Source of the DNA: Hydrolagus colliei
Taxonomy: Eukaryota
Assembly: GCA_035084275.1 (NCBI GenBank)
Contig: CM068744.1
Location: 21,266,001 to 21,330,000 of the forward strand
Direction of reading: 5' to 3'
Length of the DNA: 64,000 nt
Below, piece after piece: positions 1 to 12,238 of this stretch. The notes beneath the pieces were generated by a model. It was not told where the DNA came from and did not search any database. It was given only the letters and a program-made list of their open reading frames with translations. Made by a program: the position numbers and the translations under genes. Each line of letters opens with the position of its first letter. The stretch's first letter is position 1.

Positions 1-1334
1 CCTGCTCTACATTGCTTTGACTCCAAGCCAGAAAAAAAGCAAAAGTCTGATTTTGGATTGATGTTCACCTTGATGCATATGAAGAGCAGAGAAATTGTAT
101 TCTTTTTTAAAAGAAACATATTAAACAAGAATAATATGCTAATAATTTAATAATACATTGTTTAATAGTCACCGGAAACACAAGAGATGTCCTGGATCAG
201 GGAGGAGTGAAAAATCAAAGGAAAAATCCCTGGATGAAAGTAGCAGTGTTCTGAGTATACACAGGGGAAGCACTAGATTTACTGTGAAAATAAGCCATAG
301 CTTTTCTGATGATTTGAGCATTTAATATAACACAATGCATCATGCAACTAATGTTTGTTAGAATAATTTGTGTGTTGCAGTTCAGCAGTAGGTATATGCA
401 GTAGAATACCTATGTGTTGATTTGTGTCCTAGTATGTTAACTTCCCCACACTGAGTGTCTGTCTAAATTATCACTTGACAGAAAATATAGCCCTGACTTT
501 TGGTCAACCTTGATTTTCCTAGCGGAGGAAAATAAGTTGCCCTTGATAACAGGCCCAGGAGTCACAATGGGAGGGAGGCCTGATTTTATGTGTGACTGAT
601 GTTGTTACAACAGCACATTGACTGTCATTGAAACACACTTGTTAACACTTCATCATTGGATGAACCTGGAGGAATGAGATAAATGAGGCATGAACCATAG
701 TCACTGTTGCTTGTTAGTTATAAACATTAGTCCAACTCTTGAACTGTAATTCACTTTTGCAGAAGTTGAGATTGTTTTTGTACTTTTTATGGTCGTTCAG
801 CACACCTAGTCCCTGGAATGTTTCCAATACTGAAGGTTGAAAGAGTCAGAAATTCCAGTCCAGATTAATCGGAAGAAAGTCTCTTGTGTCTTTTGACTAT
901 AAGAGTCCTATGTAAAATTACTTTGAGCAGTCTGGTTGTTGGCATGAGTCCACTATTCAAAACTGCAACTAACTTGGCATAAACTTGACCATCTCAACTC
1001 GAAACTCTACAGGATAATGGGAGGTGAGGGAAATCAAGACAGAGTAAAGGTGGCCATTACTTTTCAACAGCTCTGATTCTGTGACTTTAGCTGACCAACA
1101 TGAGAATACATCTCCCAACTTTTAAAAAAAAAGTATCAACCAATAGTTCTACAGATCATTTCAGTTGAATAATAATAAATGTGTCACTTCAATCCACGAC
1201 TGTTTGTGGGTCAGTGCTGTGTGCAATTGGCTTCCGCATTCCACCCACAAAATATACAGTCAATTCACTTTATAGTATATTCTGTGAAGCATTTGAGACA
1301 TCTCAAAGACAGGATACTGACTTACTGAGTATAA

Positions 1335-1620
1335 AGGAGAGTCCAGGGAGGTTGAGGAGTATAGATCCGCAAGAGTGAAGATGTTGACAGGAGTGAAAGG
1401 GCATGGCTTCTGTCTTGTCCACATTCAGGTGCAGGAAGTTTACACTCGTCCAAGCCTTGATATCTGCCAGTCAAGCTGATAGAACGTTGGCAGACCTGGA
1501 GTCAATCCTGGAGGAAACAAAGTAGATTTCCGCATACCTGTGGAAGTTAACTATGTGTCTGCGGATGACATCGTTGAGAGGGAGCATATAGCTAAGGGAA
1601 AGGAAGAGGCTGAGGATGAT
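1335..1620 (-). mobile_element. Decayed L2 LINE reverse transcriptase fragment
   Basis: Minus strand reads ...YMLPLNDVIRRH.VNFH.YA..., similar to the L2 RT copies at 29.7-29.8 kb and 27.3 kb. Confidence 0.7.
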
Positions 1621-1709
1621 TCCTATTTATACAGAGATTAGATTTCTGAGGAAAGACTAATTAAGATCAATCTGTCAGCCTTGAAAATGGGTGTCAGAGG
1701 ATGCTGTTT

Positions 1710-2383
1710 GTGGAGTCCTGAAGCTCAGTGGTTAGAGCACTCGTCTTACAAGCAAGAGACCTGGGTTCAATTCCTAGCAGGGCAAAAACTTGGGCAAATT
1801 TCCTTACTCCATATGAACAAAACATAAAATACTGCAGATGCTGAAAATCTGAAATAAAAACAGAGAGAGCTGGGAAAACTCAGCAGGTCAGGCAGCATCT
1901 ATGGAGAAAGGAAAATTAGTCAACCTTTTGGGTCCACAACCCTTTGCCCGAAACGTTGACTCACTTCCTTTCTCCATAGATGCTGCCTGACCTTCTGAGT
2001 ATTCCCAGTGGCTTCTGTTTTTGTTTCAGATTTCCAGCATCTGCAGCATTTTGCATTTTTGTCAAGGTTTATTATTATTATTATTATAGGTAGTTTAGTT
2101 CCTGAACTGGAGTTTGGTGGGGGTGGGGGAATTGCTGCAGTGTTCTGCTGATGGCAGATCAGGCAACCTGGCTTGTTAGCAGGACATGGTGGAGGAAGCC
2201 TAAAAAAAACCAATATTTAATTGGTCACTTCAATCCATGACTGTTTGTGGGACACTGCTGTGTGCAATTGGCTGCTGCATTTCACCCACAAAATATACAG
2301 TCAATTCAGTTTACAGTATTTTCTGTGAAGCACTTTGAGATCTAGAAAAGTGCCATATCAAATGCAAGCACGATTATTGTTAT
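1710..2383 (+). mobile_element. tRNA-derived DeuSINE-type SINE, interrupted by a palindromic element
   Basis: Head GTGGAGTCCTGAAGCTCAGTGGTTAGAGC...GGTTCAATTCC (A/B boxes) 1710-1815; core TGTTTGTGGGACACTGCTGTGTGCAATTGGCTGC and L2-like tail resume at about 2205-2383. Confidence 0.8.
1817..2062. mobile_element. Penelope-like palindromic element, about 115-bp inverted arms
   Basis: AAAATACTGCAGATGCTG...CAGCAGGTCAGGCAGCATCTATGGAGAAAGG is mirrored by CCTTTCTCCATAGATGCTGCCTGACC...CAGCATCTGCAGCATTTT; centre has CCCGAAACGTTGACT. Family name is from recollection of shark repeats. Confidence 0.7.
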
Positions 2384-2401
2384 GGAGAAAATAAACTTTC
2401 A

Positions 2402-2530
2402 GATCAATCAATCAATCAATCAATCAAAACTTATATTTATATAGTGGCTTTCACGTTGAGAGGACGTCCCAAGGCGCTGTACAGTCGAGTAGGGACAAGA
2501 GCAGGGGGGGAGGGAGATATGTCGAGACAA
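2402..2530 (-). mobile_element. L2 3' tail with (ATCA)n microsatellite end
   Basis: Reverse complement of AGCGCCTTGGGACGTCCTCTCAACGTGAAAG...ATATAAAT next to (ATCA)n. Confidence 0.75.
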
Positions 2531-2824
2531 CACGAAAAACGGGCACAGATTCTGTGTTGTGAAAGCCAACTTCAGCACCAACATCACAGGGGAAGTGCCT
2601 GCCATACATACATGACTCCACCCCACAATCCCTTGGCCTTGCTCCCTCCCTTGCTTCCTTCAAGACCTTCCTCTTCAATCGTGCCTTCAGTTGCCAACCT
2701 ACCTCTCTGCCCTCCCTCATCCCAACCCAAAAGTACCATCTTATTGAATAAGCCTAATTATTTTATTATTGTGAGACAACTTTAGTCTTTTAAACCACCT
2801 CAAATACCTCTGTCTTAGCTCCCC

Positions 2825-3050
2825 CGTGAGCTAGTGGTTAACAGAAGTACCAGATGCAATGCTAAGTGATAACAGACAGGAAGGTCAAGGGTTCAGATTC
2901 AGGTCTGTGCAGGGTTAGATAATCTCAGCCTGAGCAACAATTGGGATCCTACATTTGACCTCAGCATCCCTGGGTGACGGCAGATTTGAACAGGATTCAA
3001 ACTCCTGATTGCTGTACAGAGACCATCAATGGAGGGTCAAGATTCACACT
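2825..3050 (+). mobile_element. Old SINE-like repeat (related copies at about 36170-36360 + and 41440-41620 -)
   Basis: Degenerate shared blocks (CAGGAAGGTC..GGTTC, GTCTGTGC...GTTAG, CTCCTGATT) recur at three positions; family not named. Confidence 0.45.
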
Positions 3051-3562
3051 TGAATGACCGTTTATTGGAGTGTAACCGTCCGTCATTAGCAAGCGCTCCG
3101 GGAATGTCCCCGCGTGAAGGGCGCTATATAAATGCACGTTTTTGATGTTGTATTAGAGTCCTCTGATTCTGAACACCATTCCAAAAAATACCCCAAGTGA
3201 TGTCCTCAAATTAAAAGAAATGTTAAACAGAATGCAACAATATAAATTTGAATTTACATTGCTGCAGGGCAGCATCTGAGAAAGTTCTGTGCCTTTCTCG
3301 TCAGGAAAAATGTCTCTAAAAGTGCTTCACAAAATACTGTATACTAAAAACTTCAATGACTGTATTATGTAGGCTATCATCTACAAAGCTGAGACAGCAG
3401 GAAAAGAGGGCATAAATTCAGGGTCATAAAAGAAAGGAGTGAAAATTCTCTATTCAGGAGAGCGAAATGGGACAAAAAAAATCAAAGAGGAAATAAAGCC
3501 CTTTTTTTTGACCATTCATTCAACATATTGAATGTAAATGAACTATCAATGGCTGAAAATAA

Positions 3563-3722
3563 GAATCCTTGCATTTGATACAGCGCTTTTCACAACTTAT
3601 CGACATCTCAAAGCGCTTCACAGAATATACTCTGAAGTGAATTGACTGTATATTTGTGGGCGAAACACGGCAGTCAATTATGCACAGCAGTGTCCCACAA
3701 ACAGTTGTGGATTGAAATGACA
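3563..3722 (-). mobile_element. DeuSINE-type SINE 3' half (similar halves at about 1175-1315 +, 4935-5100 -, 11345-11490 -, 13858-13970 -, 27800-27970 -, 31105-31416 +, 59675-59853 +)
   Basis: ATCCTTGCATTTGATA...CACAGCAGTGTCCCACAAACAG core and tail recur in all listed copies. Confidence 0.8.
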
Positions 3723-4319
3723 GTTTTTTTTACTTTGATCACCAAAACTAATAATAATTTTGCCATCACTTGATTGTGGGAGTTTCAACGAGCCTAACAG
3801 ATTTTCCAGGAAAATTTGCTCTAGGTTTTATATTTTGTACATTAAGTCCTGCTGATTGAAAACATTATGATAGTGGCTATGTATAGGCTTCACAACATAT
3901 GGAATTCATTTTCTGACTGTGTAAAGCATTAGAACATGCCAAGTGTTGAGTTCACCACATCCAATAAACAGTTAAATAACCACTTATAACCATTGATCAT
4001 TGAAAATGTTTTAGAAATGTTCATCTGTGTTGTCTATTAACTTCTCGTGTGCAGAGAATGGAAGCACCTTGGATCCAGCTGTGAAGCAGAAACATTTCCT
4101 ACAGGCGGCCATATGTAGCTAAATTCCATGGGCTACAAACTGTATATAGGGTTTCCTTATTTCGTCAATGTTTACAGTTTGGAGAAGGGGGGAAAAAAAT
4201 AGGACAAACTGATTGTTTTACAGATTTGATCTGATTCCTGTCATCTGGCATTTTTAGAAGATTTTTCAGTGAAACAATTACATCTGAGATTATCAGTAAA
4301 CAGTATTATCAAAGTCATA

Positions 4320-4466
4320 AACAAAACACAAAATACTGCAGATGCTGGAAATCCGAAACAAAAAGTTCCAGCTCCGGCGAAGGGATGTGGACCCGAAATG
4401 TTGACTCACTTTCCTTTTTCCATGGATGCTGCCTGACCTGCTAAATTTTCCCAGCAACTGTTTTTG
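4320..4466. mobile_element. Penelope-like element copy with internal inversion and 14-bp TSD
   Basis: TTATCAAAGTCATA at 4306-4319 and 4467-4480; interior homologous to 1817-2062. Confidence 0.8.
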
Positions 4467-7184
4467 TTATCAAAGTCATATGCAGGATCGGTGTTTCTGG
4501 AGCAGGTTATTACTTGCAGCAGTAAAGTCATTCCAAGTAGGCAACAGATTAATTTTTTTCCTGCTCTGAAATCACGCTGTCCAGGGGCTCAGGTGAGCTG
4601 GCCAATTTATGGCAATGTTATTCTAAAGTTTATCTCATAAAAGGCACTTTAATAATCTTAGAAAACATCATAGTGACCAAAACCAGTTCACATTTTTTAA
4701 GTTTAAAAATTGCTCTGAATTGATCTTCAGTAGAAACCTGATGTATGCTGGATACAGTGTAACAATTTGATCCCCAAATCCATCTTTTGAGGCAGTTACG
4801 GGAGCTCTGAATCAAACTGTATCTTGGGTTTTAGCACCAAATACATGCTGTCTGAACAACATTGAATAGATATTCCTAAAAATCAAGCTCCTCCACTTAA
4901 AATGAATGAAAGCATAATCCCAATCCATGTCTTGTAATAATAATCCATGCATTTGATATAGTGCTTTCACGTCTTCGAGATGTCTTGAAGCACTTCAAGA
5001 ATATACTGGAAATTGAATTAATTGTATATTTAGTCGGTGAAACGCAGCAGCCAATCGTGCACAGCAGTTTCTAGCAAACAGTTGTGGATTGAGTGATCAA
5101 AGTAAAAGCGTTTATTACCCCCGGAAAAACGATCTACCAATTAACTAACAACTGGGTTCCTACTTGCTACTTACAGTGTGTAGCTCACTTGCAAATCAAT
5201 GTCTTTTTACCAGTAATGGAAAGATTGAACCCTCCAACTTTCCCCCCTTCATCTCATGGTGTTTTTATGTATAAAACGGAATCATGAAGCATTCTATGCC
5301 AAATATTTTTTACAAATATTTACAGTACCTGGCACAAAAAGTAGTTTAGAGCAGACAACTCTGACTAGGGCTTGAAACTAGATTTTCTTGAAGTTAGTTA
5401 GTTGGAATTCCAGGAATGCAACTCATTATAATGATCTGTGCATTCAATACAGCTCCTGATCACTTTGTTAAAATGTGTGAAAGCGCTTCACGGGATTTTA
5501 TATTTGGTGACCATATATTTTGCAAGCGAACTTTACATTGAATAGCAAATTCCTTTCTATTTTAAGTACAGTAAATGTAATTTCTTCAATCCTCTGTAGC
5601 TTGTGCACACTGATTCTCTGTCTGAAACAAAGAACGCACAGCACAAAAACAGGCCACACACGCCAGTGTTTATATTCCACATGAGTTTCCAGGCATTCCT
5701 TACTCCCTCTCATTCCCTTCTATTTACCCCCTGTGAAGGTCTAGCTTGATTTGAGTGCAGCAGTAGCTGTTTCCTGGCCTCTGCCAGTATTGCTGCTGGA
5801 AGGTGGGTTGAGAGTGGATCTGGTAACTCTTATTTCCAAGTATCTTAAATCTGCTCAATGCTTCTTCTGATGGGGCATATGTACCTTTACTGCAGCGCAA
5901 ATAACTGGAGATGTGAATACGTACAATATTTTGTAATTTAACAGATCCTCTATTTGCTCCGAAAACCCCATTAACAAAAGTGCTCTATAACCGCAACAAC
6001 TCCATTAACAAAATACTATAAATTGCTGCCAGAAATATGATCAATTTTAATATATGATCATCTGTCTCATCTGTATGTTTTGTCATTTCTGGCTATAGGT
6101 GAGTTGATGAAGTATTCGTAATGAGGAAACGTTCCACCACTTCTGAAATAGGAATTCACTGTTGACTGATCATTCACAGAGCAGCAATAGAAGGCATTGT
6201 CCTAAAGTACACATGCTGAACTGTCAAAGCCACCTTGCTGAAAAGCACAGGGAGAGTTTACTTTAAAATAACACTGGCACATAACGCTTGTAAAATTACA
6301 GGTGTCAAGCCTTTCTAAATTCATTCCTATCCCCTGGTTTCCTATCTGTCAAGAGCAGAATTGTAATTGCAGTAAACCTCAGTTAATGGAAAAGCGTTGG
6401 AATGAAGAAAAATTCTGCAGGCAGCAATACAAACAAACAAAACACACTGTTGGGTTCAATACTTAACTTTATTAAACAGGCTGAAACATTGCCAACAGTC
6501 TCCAATAAATATCTGTAAAATATTTGCTGTGTAGCATTTGTGGTTTCAGTTTAATTCTTTCCTTTAAAATTGTTTTTGTAGAAATTATTGAACAGAATGA
6601 GCCAATTTGGTCAAATAAACCTATGCTGGTGCTAGTTTCATTATCCACTGAACCTGAATATCCTAATCACAGTGTTCCTCATACCCTTATATTGTTTTCT
6701 TATCCCCACTCCCTATTAGCTTCAGTGCCTACTTTTGCAACAGTATTCTTCATTCTAATAACTCTTGCATAAAAAGTATACTTTAATCTCTCCCATAACT
6801 CTTCCAGTGACGAGGCAGAGTTTGTGCTCCATTGTTACCTCACTTGTTTGAGATTAAAAATAAATAGAACACAAGAAAGCTCACAGAAAATCATTAGCAT
6901 TGCAGTACTAGATAGCAAAGTGATCAGTAGAGTGCTGCTTCTATTGACAATATAGCAACTCAAATATATTTCAGTCCTGCAAATGCATAGCTTAGTGCTT
7001 TGGACATCCTCCCAACTTGAAAACACTATACCAAAGGTTTATTAGTGTTATAATTAAAACATATTTTTTATCTATGGGGGAAAATTATACCAGTTTCTAT
7101 CAAATATGTTTTCAGTAGTGTGAGGTACAAAGAGCATAGCATATAAAAGATTATGTATAAAAGATTGAGCATATTTGATTCACA

Positions 7185-7635
7185 TGTCAGTCTGGCTCAG
7201 TTGGTAGTGCTCTCTCTGTGCTAGAAGGTTGTGAGTTGGGATGTCCTCCTGATGTGAAAGGTGCTATACAAGTGTAATTTTGTTGTAATTTTGTTGTTCA
7301 AGCCTCACATTGGGTCCTTGAATACACAGTACAGTACAAAGCAATGGTTGAGGCGCTGTTCTTCAGGTGAAATGTTAAGATGAGGTCCTGTCTGCCTTCT
7401 CAGGTGGATATTGGCGATGCTTGAACACAAAAGGACATTTCTCCCATTGTAACAATTTCTGAGATAAATTTGCTCATTTACTTCATGCCAATTTTATGGG
7501 ACATTGCTCTGTGCAAATTGGTTGTTGTGTTTGCCTACAAATGCAGTCACAACACTTTACAATAAATCCTGCATAACTCTTTGAGAGATGTCATCAATAG
7601 TATGAGGAGCTACATCAAATGCAAAGATTATTGCA
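7185..7635 (+). mobile_element. Older, longer DeuSINE (SacSINE1-like) with a tiny L2 tail inserted at about 7238-7297; relatives at about 8085-8330 +, 15290-15460 -, 23225-23765 +, 25455-25690 +, 35920-36115 +, 38175-38580 -
   Basis: TGGCTCAGTTGGTAG head, CTGTCTGCCTTCTCAGGTGGA block, GGGACATTGCTCTGTGCAAATTGG Deu-like core, CAAATGCAAAGATTATT tail. Confidence 0.65.
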
Positions 7636-9099
7636 TTATCAACCAAATTCTGGCAAAACCTTTTTTTTTATAACAAGATACATTCTCCAAATATTGGTGG
7701 AAAAGTAGTTGTCCCAATGGGGCTGTTTTTAAGTTCAGTAATTTTCAAACTGATTTTGACCCACAATTTGCTTTTCTGTGGGTGTACGTTTTAATTATTT
7801 TTGTCCTACATTAGACTGTTTCTATCAATGGATCAAAAGATGGGAATTATTTATTGGAAGCAAATGCAATCAACTTAAGTAAAGCTGCAATTTCTGAAAT
7901 AGCTAAGCCTCTGTTAATGCTGTCAGCACTGTGAGCCACAATGTGGTTTAATACTGCCGGTACACTTCTGTAAACTTCTTTACATTTATAGAGCACCTTT
8001 CACGTCCCAAGGTGCTGAACAATCAGGTCGGTTTGTTGATAAACAGACCAACCATGCAAAGTTTTCGTGTTTGCTTGCATGTTAGCTTGGCTTTGTTCAC
8101 TCTCACCTCCTAGTCAGAAGGCGGTGCATTCAAGCTTCATGTCGGAACTCTAAAATTGGTCACTTACTCAATGGATGTCTGTGTGACACTGGTGTTCGCA
8201 AGTAGCTACCACATTTTATCTACAAACTACCCAGGCAAAAAACTATTTACAATAAATCCTGTGAAGTGCTTTGAGACATCTCGATAACTTGATAAGGCGC
8301 AACATCAAATTCAAAGATATTATTATTAATAATATTATTTTAACACGCATCTATTATGGGACTATAACAGGAGAACCTGCTTTTAACATTTTCCTGGTGC
8401 CGGTGCTGATACAAATTCCAAAACGTGTGTTTGGATTCCAATGTCAGCTATGCATCGCCAGTTCCTGTGTTTGACTGGCACAACAAACAATAGCCACATG
8501 GAACAGAATCAGATAGAATTTGTAAACAGAACATTCAGTATTTTATCACTGGAACAACTACTGTATTAATCCAAATACAAGACAGTGCTTTTTTTCAATA
8601 AATTCCAGTTTAAAAATCGCTACTTGGCTTTATATTTGTGGACCAAACAATCTAGTAGAAAGTTGTGAGCTATTAGCAAACCATTCAGATGTGAGTCAGT
8701 GTAGGAATGGTGAAATGGTATGTATGAATAGCGGTTACTATTCCCATAGGCAGTACAGATCCGTAGTATGTTTTTTGACTGCTTTATAATTACCCTATTG
8801 AATTTTTTATTATTTTTCTCAAATCTAACTGAAAATCTGCGGCGAGGGACGGAGTGGCCTTATAATTGAGGTCATTTTATATTCTGAACGAAACATAGAG
8901 ATTTATCTTCTTTTCAAAATCTCTCAAGTTGTTTGAATTTCAAGTGAATATTGTAAATACAATACAGCATAATATTCTCAATGACTTGAGATGACTCACA
9001 AACGACAGCAACAAAGCTGAAGCAGTGTATTAATATGATTTATTACCAGTGTAGTTGTTACAGTTATACAACCTTAGTGATGTTCTGGTGACCTATTTG

Positions 9100-10740
9100 C
9101 ATTATTTGCTTGAGGGATTGGTATGGGATTCAATACCAAGCTTCCATTTCTAAACAATATGGTTTGACAAACATTGGTATCAGGATATATCTTAGTGAGA
9201 GATACAGGAGAATATCATATCAACTGCATGTTGTGTAAGACAAAATGTGACAGGGAAATCTCAGTGAAAATGGAAGAGATGGAATGAGCTGACAGCAAGA
9301 ATCTTTTGCGGTTGCAAATGAGCTCCATGGAAAAGGCTGGAAAATTTACTTAATTGGATGTGGTGAAGGACAAGAATGGAAAAGGTGGGATGTGAGGAGG
9401 AAGGCATCCAGCAGCAGAGGTTTCAGACTCTCAAACAAAAGATAACAATAGGCATTGTTCAGTCGATGACTCACTTTAGAACTGACTGAGTTAAGAACTG
9501 AGATAGAGAGAAATAGCATTGGATGAGACGAGACAGACTCAAATGGTATATGAAGAGCGACAAGGCCTTTAGCATGTGTGGAGATGCTGCTGTAGTATTT
9601 AAAATGGGAGCCGGAGGAGAGAGCTAATGAAAGAGTTTCACTGCGTCATCCAACATTCTGCAAAAAGTACCTGGGGTTTGGAAAATCTAAATAATTTACT
9701 TATGCAAGAAAGACAATGGGAAGAAGTTTAACCAGAGGCTAGCATCTGCTTACTGTGTCAAGCAGTATTTACTTGACTGCTCCTCATCATTGTGTGTAGA
9801 TGCCCGGATGGATGAAACACTAGCTTAAGGAGAATTATGGCTTCAGGAAATGATTTGGATTCACTGATTGGAGCTTCACGCTGTGTCAGATGATTGGAAA
9901 GTGTTGTGAGTGTGAAAAAGATCTGCGACTGCATTTCATTGAATCTAGAGCCAATGGTCTAGAGCTCAATATGGAGCTGTGACCAGGAGTAGGTGGAACC
10001 CTCTGGAGCAGCTGAGAGATCAGCAGTCTGCTAAACCAGATGTATGAGGAAAGAAAAGGTGAAGATTGAAGGAAAATCTCTGAACAGTTTAAGATCAAGG
10101 TACAACTCCATCAAGGCTGCATGTTTTCTCCCGCCTCATTTGAGCATGTGATAGACTGAGTGTTGAGTGAGGCAATATGAAGATCGTCATCTTGAATGTA
10201 TCATGGTAAACCAGAACCTGAGATTATGCTGAAAGTGACAGGATCATGTTTGCTGGATCCTGAATTGTACTCATTATGCGTCAAAGGAGCTGAGTATCTT
10301 AAGAAAAGCAGGAGCTCAACTGTAGTGTGAGGATGTAAGATGCAAGGATGGTTACTTTGATGGTAATGAGGTGGAAATGGTTGTATAAGTGCATAGACTC
10401 AGAAAGTTGTATGATCATAGCATGCCAGCAATAGAAGTGATCTGCACTTCAAGTAAAAAGCATAGCCTGAGTGCAGAAAGAGAGCATATTAAGGAGGTTA
10501 AACAGGCAAAGGCTATGTATGCTATTGTGCTGAATGAAGTTCATTACCCTCTATAGGTGATGAAATGCATAGCAGCTGTGAATATCCAAGAAGGCCAAAG
10601 CTGAGAGCTAGCCCTGTATGTTAGAAGACAGTGGATAGTCATAAGGAGCTGGAGGAAGGGATCTGTGAGACGGGTGATTTTAGAGGATCTAGTACCAACT
10701 TGGTTATGGAATGTGATGGAGATAAGCATTTCCATATTTT
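9100..10740 (+). mobile_element. Heavily decayed LINE RT region, RTE-like
   Basis: From 10082 the frame reads EQFKIKVQLHQGCMFSPASFEHVID*, resembling the RT motif F.v..GlhQG..LSP.LF..vmD; purine-rich coding-like composition, many stops; ends approximate. Confidence 0.5.
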
Positions 10741-11523
10741 AATAAAAAGCAGTAAAATACCATTTATGGGGCATTAGAATAATAGTGTAATGCCTTGCGC
10801 TAACTGCTGCTGCACACACACAAATGCACAATACACCACAGAAAGGAGCTTCTGATGCACCAAATTGTTTTTGTTGGTTTAATTTGGAAAAAATGGTTCT
10901 GTATCTGATACAGCCAAAGCCAAGAACAACATACTTGAATGCCTTAGATCACAATGCTCAGCATTGATCAGCCTAATGCATTGTGACCAGACTTCTTTTC
11001 TACATTTATAAGGCTGAAGGAGCACACTGTAGAAGCTGCTCAAAGGGCAAATCTGTCCACGCTGTTCAAAGAATTCCTGTCTTCCTTTCTTTTAGTTTTT
11101 TTCCAGAAATTAAAGGAAGCGGAAAACATTTGACCCCATAAAAGGGAAAATGTACTCTAGTCTCAAGAGCTCTCCTTCATGATCATCCACCTGGCATTAC
11201 ACACTGTTTAACTTGAACTAAAGCTGCAAGTGATTAAGCAAATGACTTAAACAGGAGTTTCCCTTGTGACTGGCAAACCAAATCAGTGCTTTTCTATTCA
11301 TTCTTCAGTTTTTGTTAGCATGTAACAATAGTAATACTAATTATAATAATCCTTGTAAAACATTCATGTAAGTGACACATTCCAAAGAACTTTACAGAAA
11401 TATATGGTAAAGTGGATTGACTGTGTATTTTGTGTGTGAAATGTGACAGCCATTTCCACACAATTGTGACCCACAAACGGGAGTGACCAAATAATATACA
11501 TTACATAATACATATATATATAC

Positions 11524-12238
11524 ACAGTAGTGGCATTCACTTTAAGTGGACACTGGTTAACCTGGATGCCGGGTAAGTCAAACAAAATGTCTGGCCCCAT
11601 GTTATTTGTTTTAAATAAACCAGTTAATTCAGATAAAGTGCTGTGCTGGTCACTGCTGAACATACCGACTCGGGCCTTCTGTTTGTCGAGTGGCTCCCTT
11701 CAGCCATGATTGGCTCCAAGATGGAGCTGGCAGTAGTCCACGATTGATTGATAGCGAACTCCAGCCTTTCACAAGCAGCTGGAGTTGATCTGTCAATCAA
11801 ATGAGGGGCAGCGGGGGTGCAGAGGAATGGGGAAGGACAAGGGAGCGAATGCGTGGAGCCCAAACATTCACAATCGGCTTAAGGCTAACAATCGCCTCAT
11901 TACCGCTGCTAATTGGTCTCCTTTCTGTCCAATGTGACGGAGGAAGTGCCACAGCTCCTCCTCTGCTGGTATTTTGCAGCCAAATCAAGATAAATGTATT
12001 GTATTGAATTGTGTGCAAGTACAGGATTGTAACTTTAATTCTTAGACTAAAATACTTGCCGTCCTGTTTAGTTAATTAACATTGCTTCAAGTGAAACCAC
12101 ATTATTACCTATTATATTATTATTATACACATTTATGGCCCTCTGCTGGGTGGAAACGATATTCTGGTTAACCTTGGATGCCTCTAAAGTTGGACAAAAT
12201 GGCCGTCCTTGATGTGTCTGGGTAACAGGCGTCCACTA
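11524..12238. mobile_element. Possible ancient Tigger/pogo-type MITE
   Basis: Left AGTGGACACTGGTTAACCTGGATGC versus reverse complement of the right end AGTGGACGCCTGTTACCCAGACAC; TTAACC(T)TGGATGCC near both ends. Confidence 0.35.
11741..11803. promoter_or_regulatory. Imperfect palindrome with two opposed Pbx-type sites
   Basis: TGATTGATAG at 11745-11754; CTGTCAATCA (TGATTGACAG on -) at 11790-11799; inner 9-bp inverted repeat AACTCCAGC/GCTGGAGTT. Confidence 0.4.

Noticed and set aside
1710-1785. tRNA-like sequences (also 14965, 36864 -, 49014 -)
   Set aside because: They are SINE heads: always followed by the same core and L2-like tail, with no intact acceptor stem.
4364-4408. Calling an active ribozyme (ncRNA feature)
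   Set aside because: Core reads CCGGCGA rather than CTGANGA; every copy in the window has core lesions, so only the consensus is proposed.
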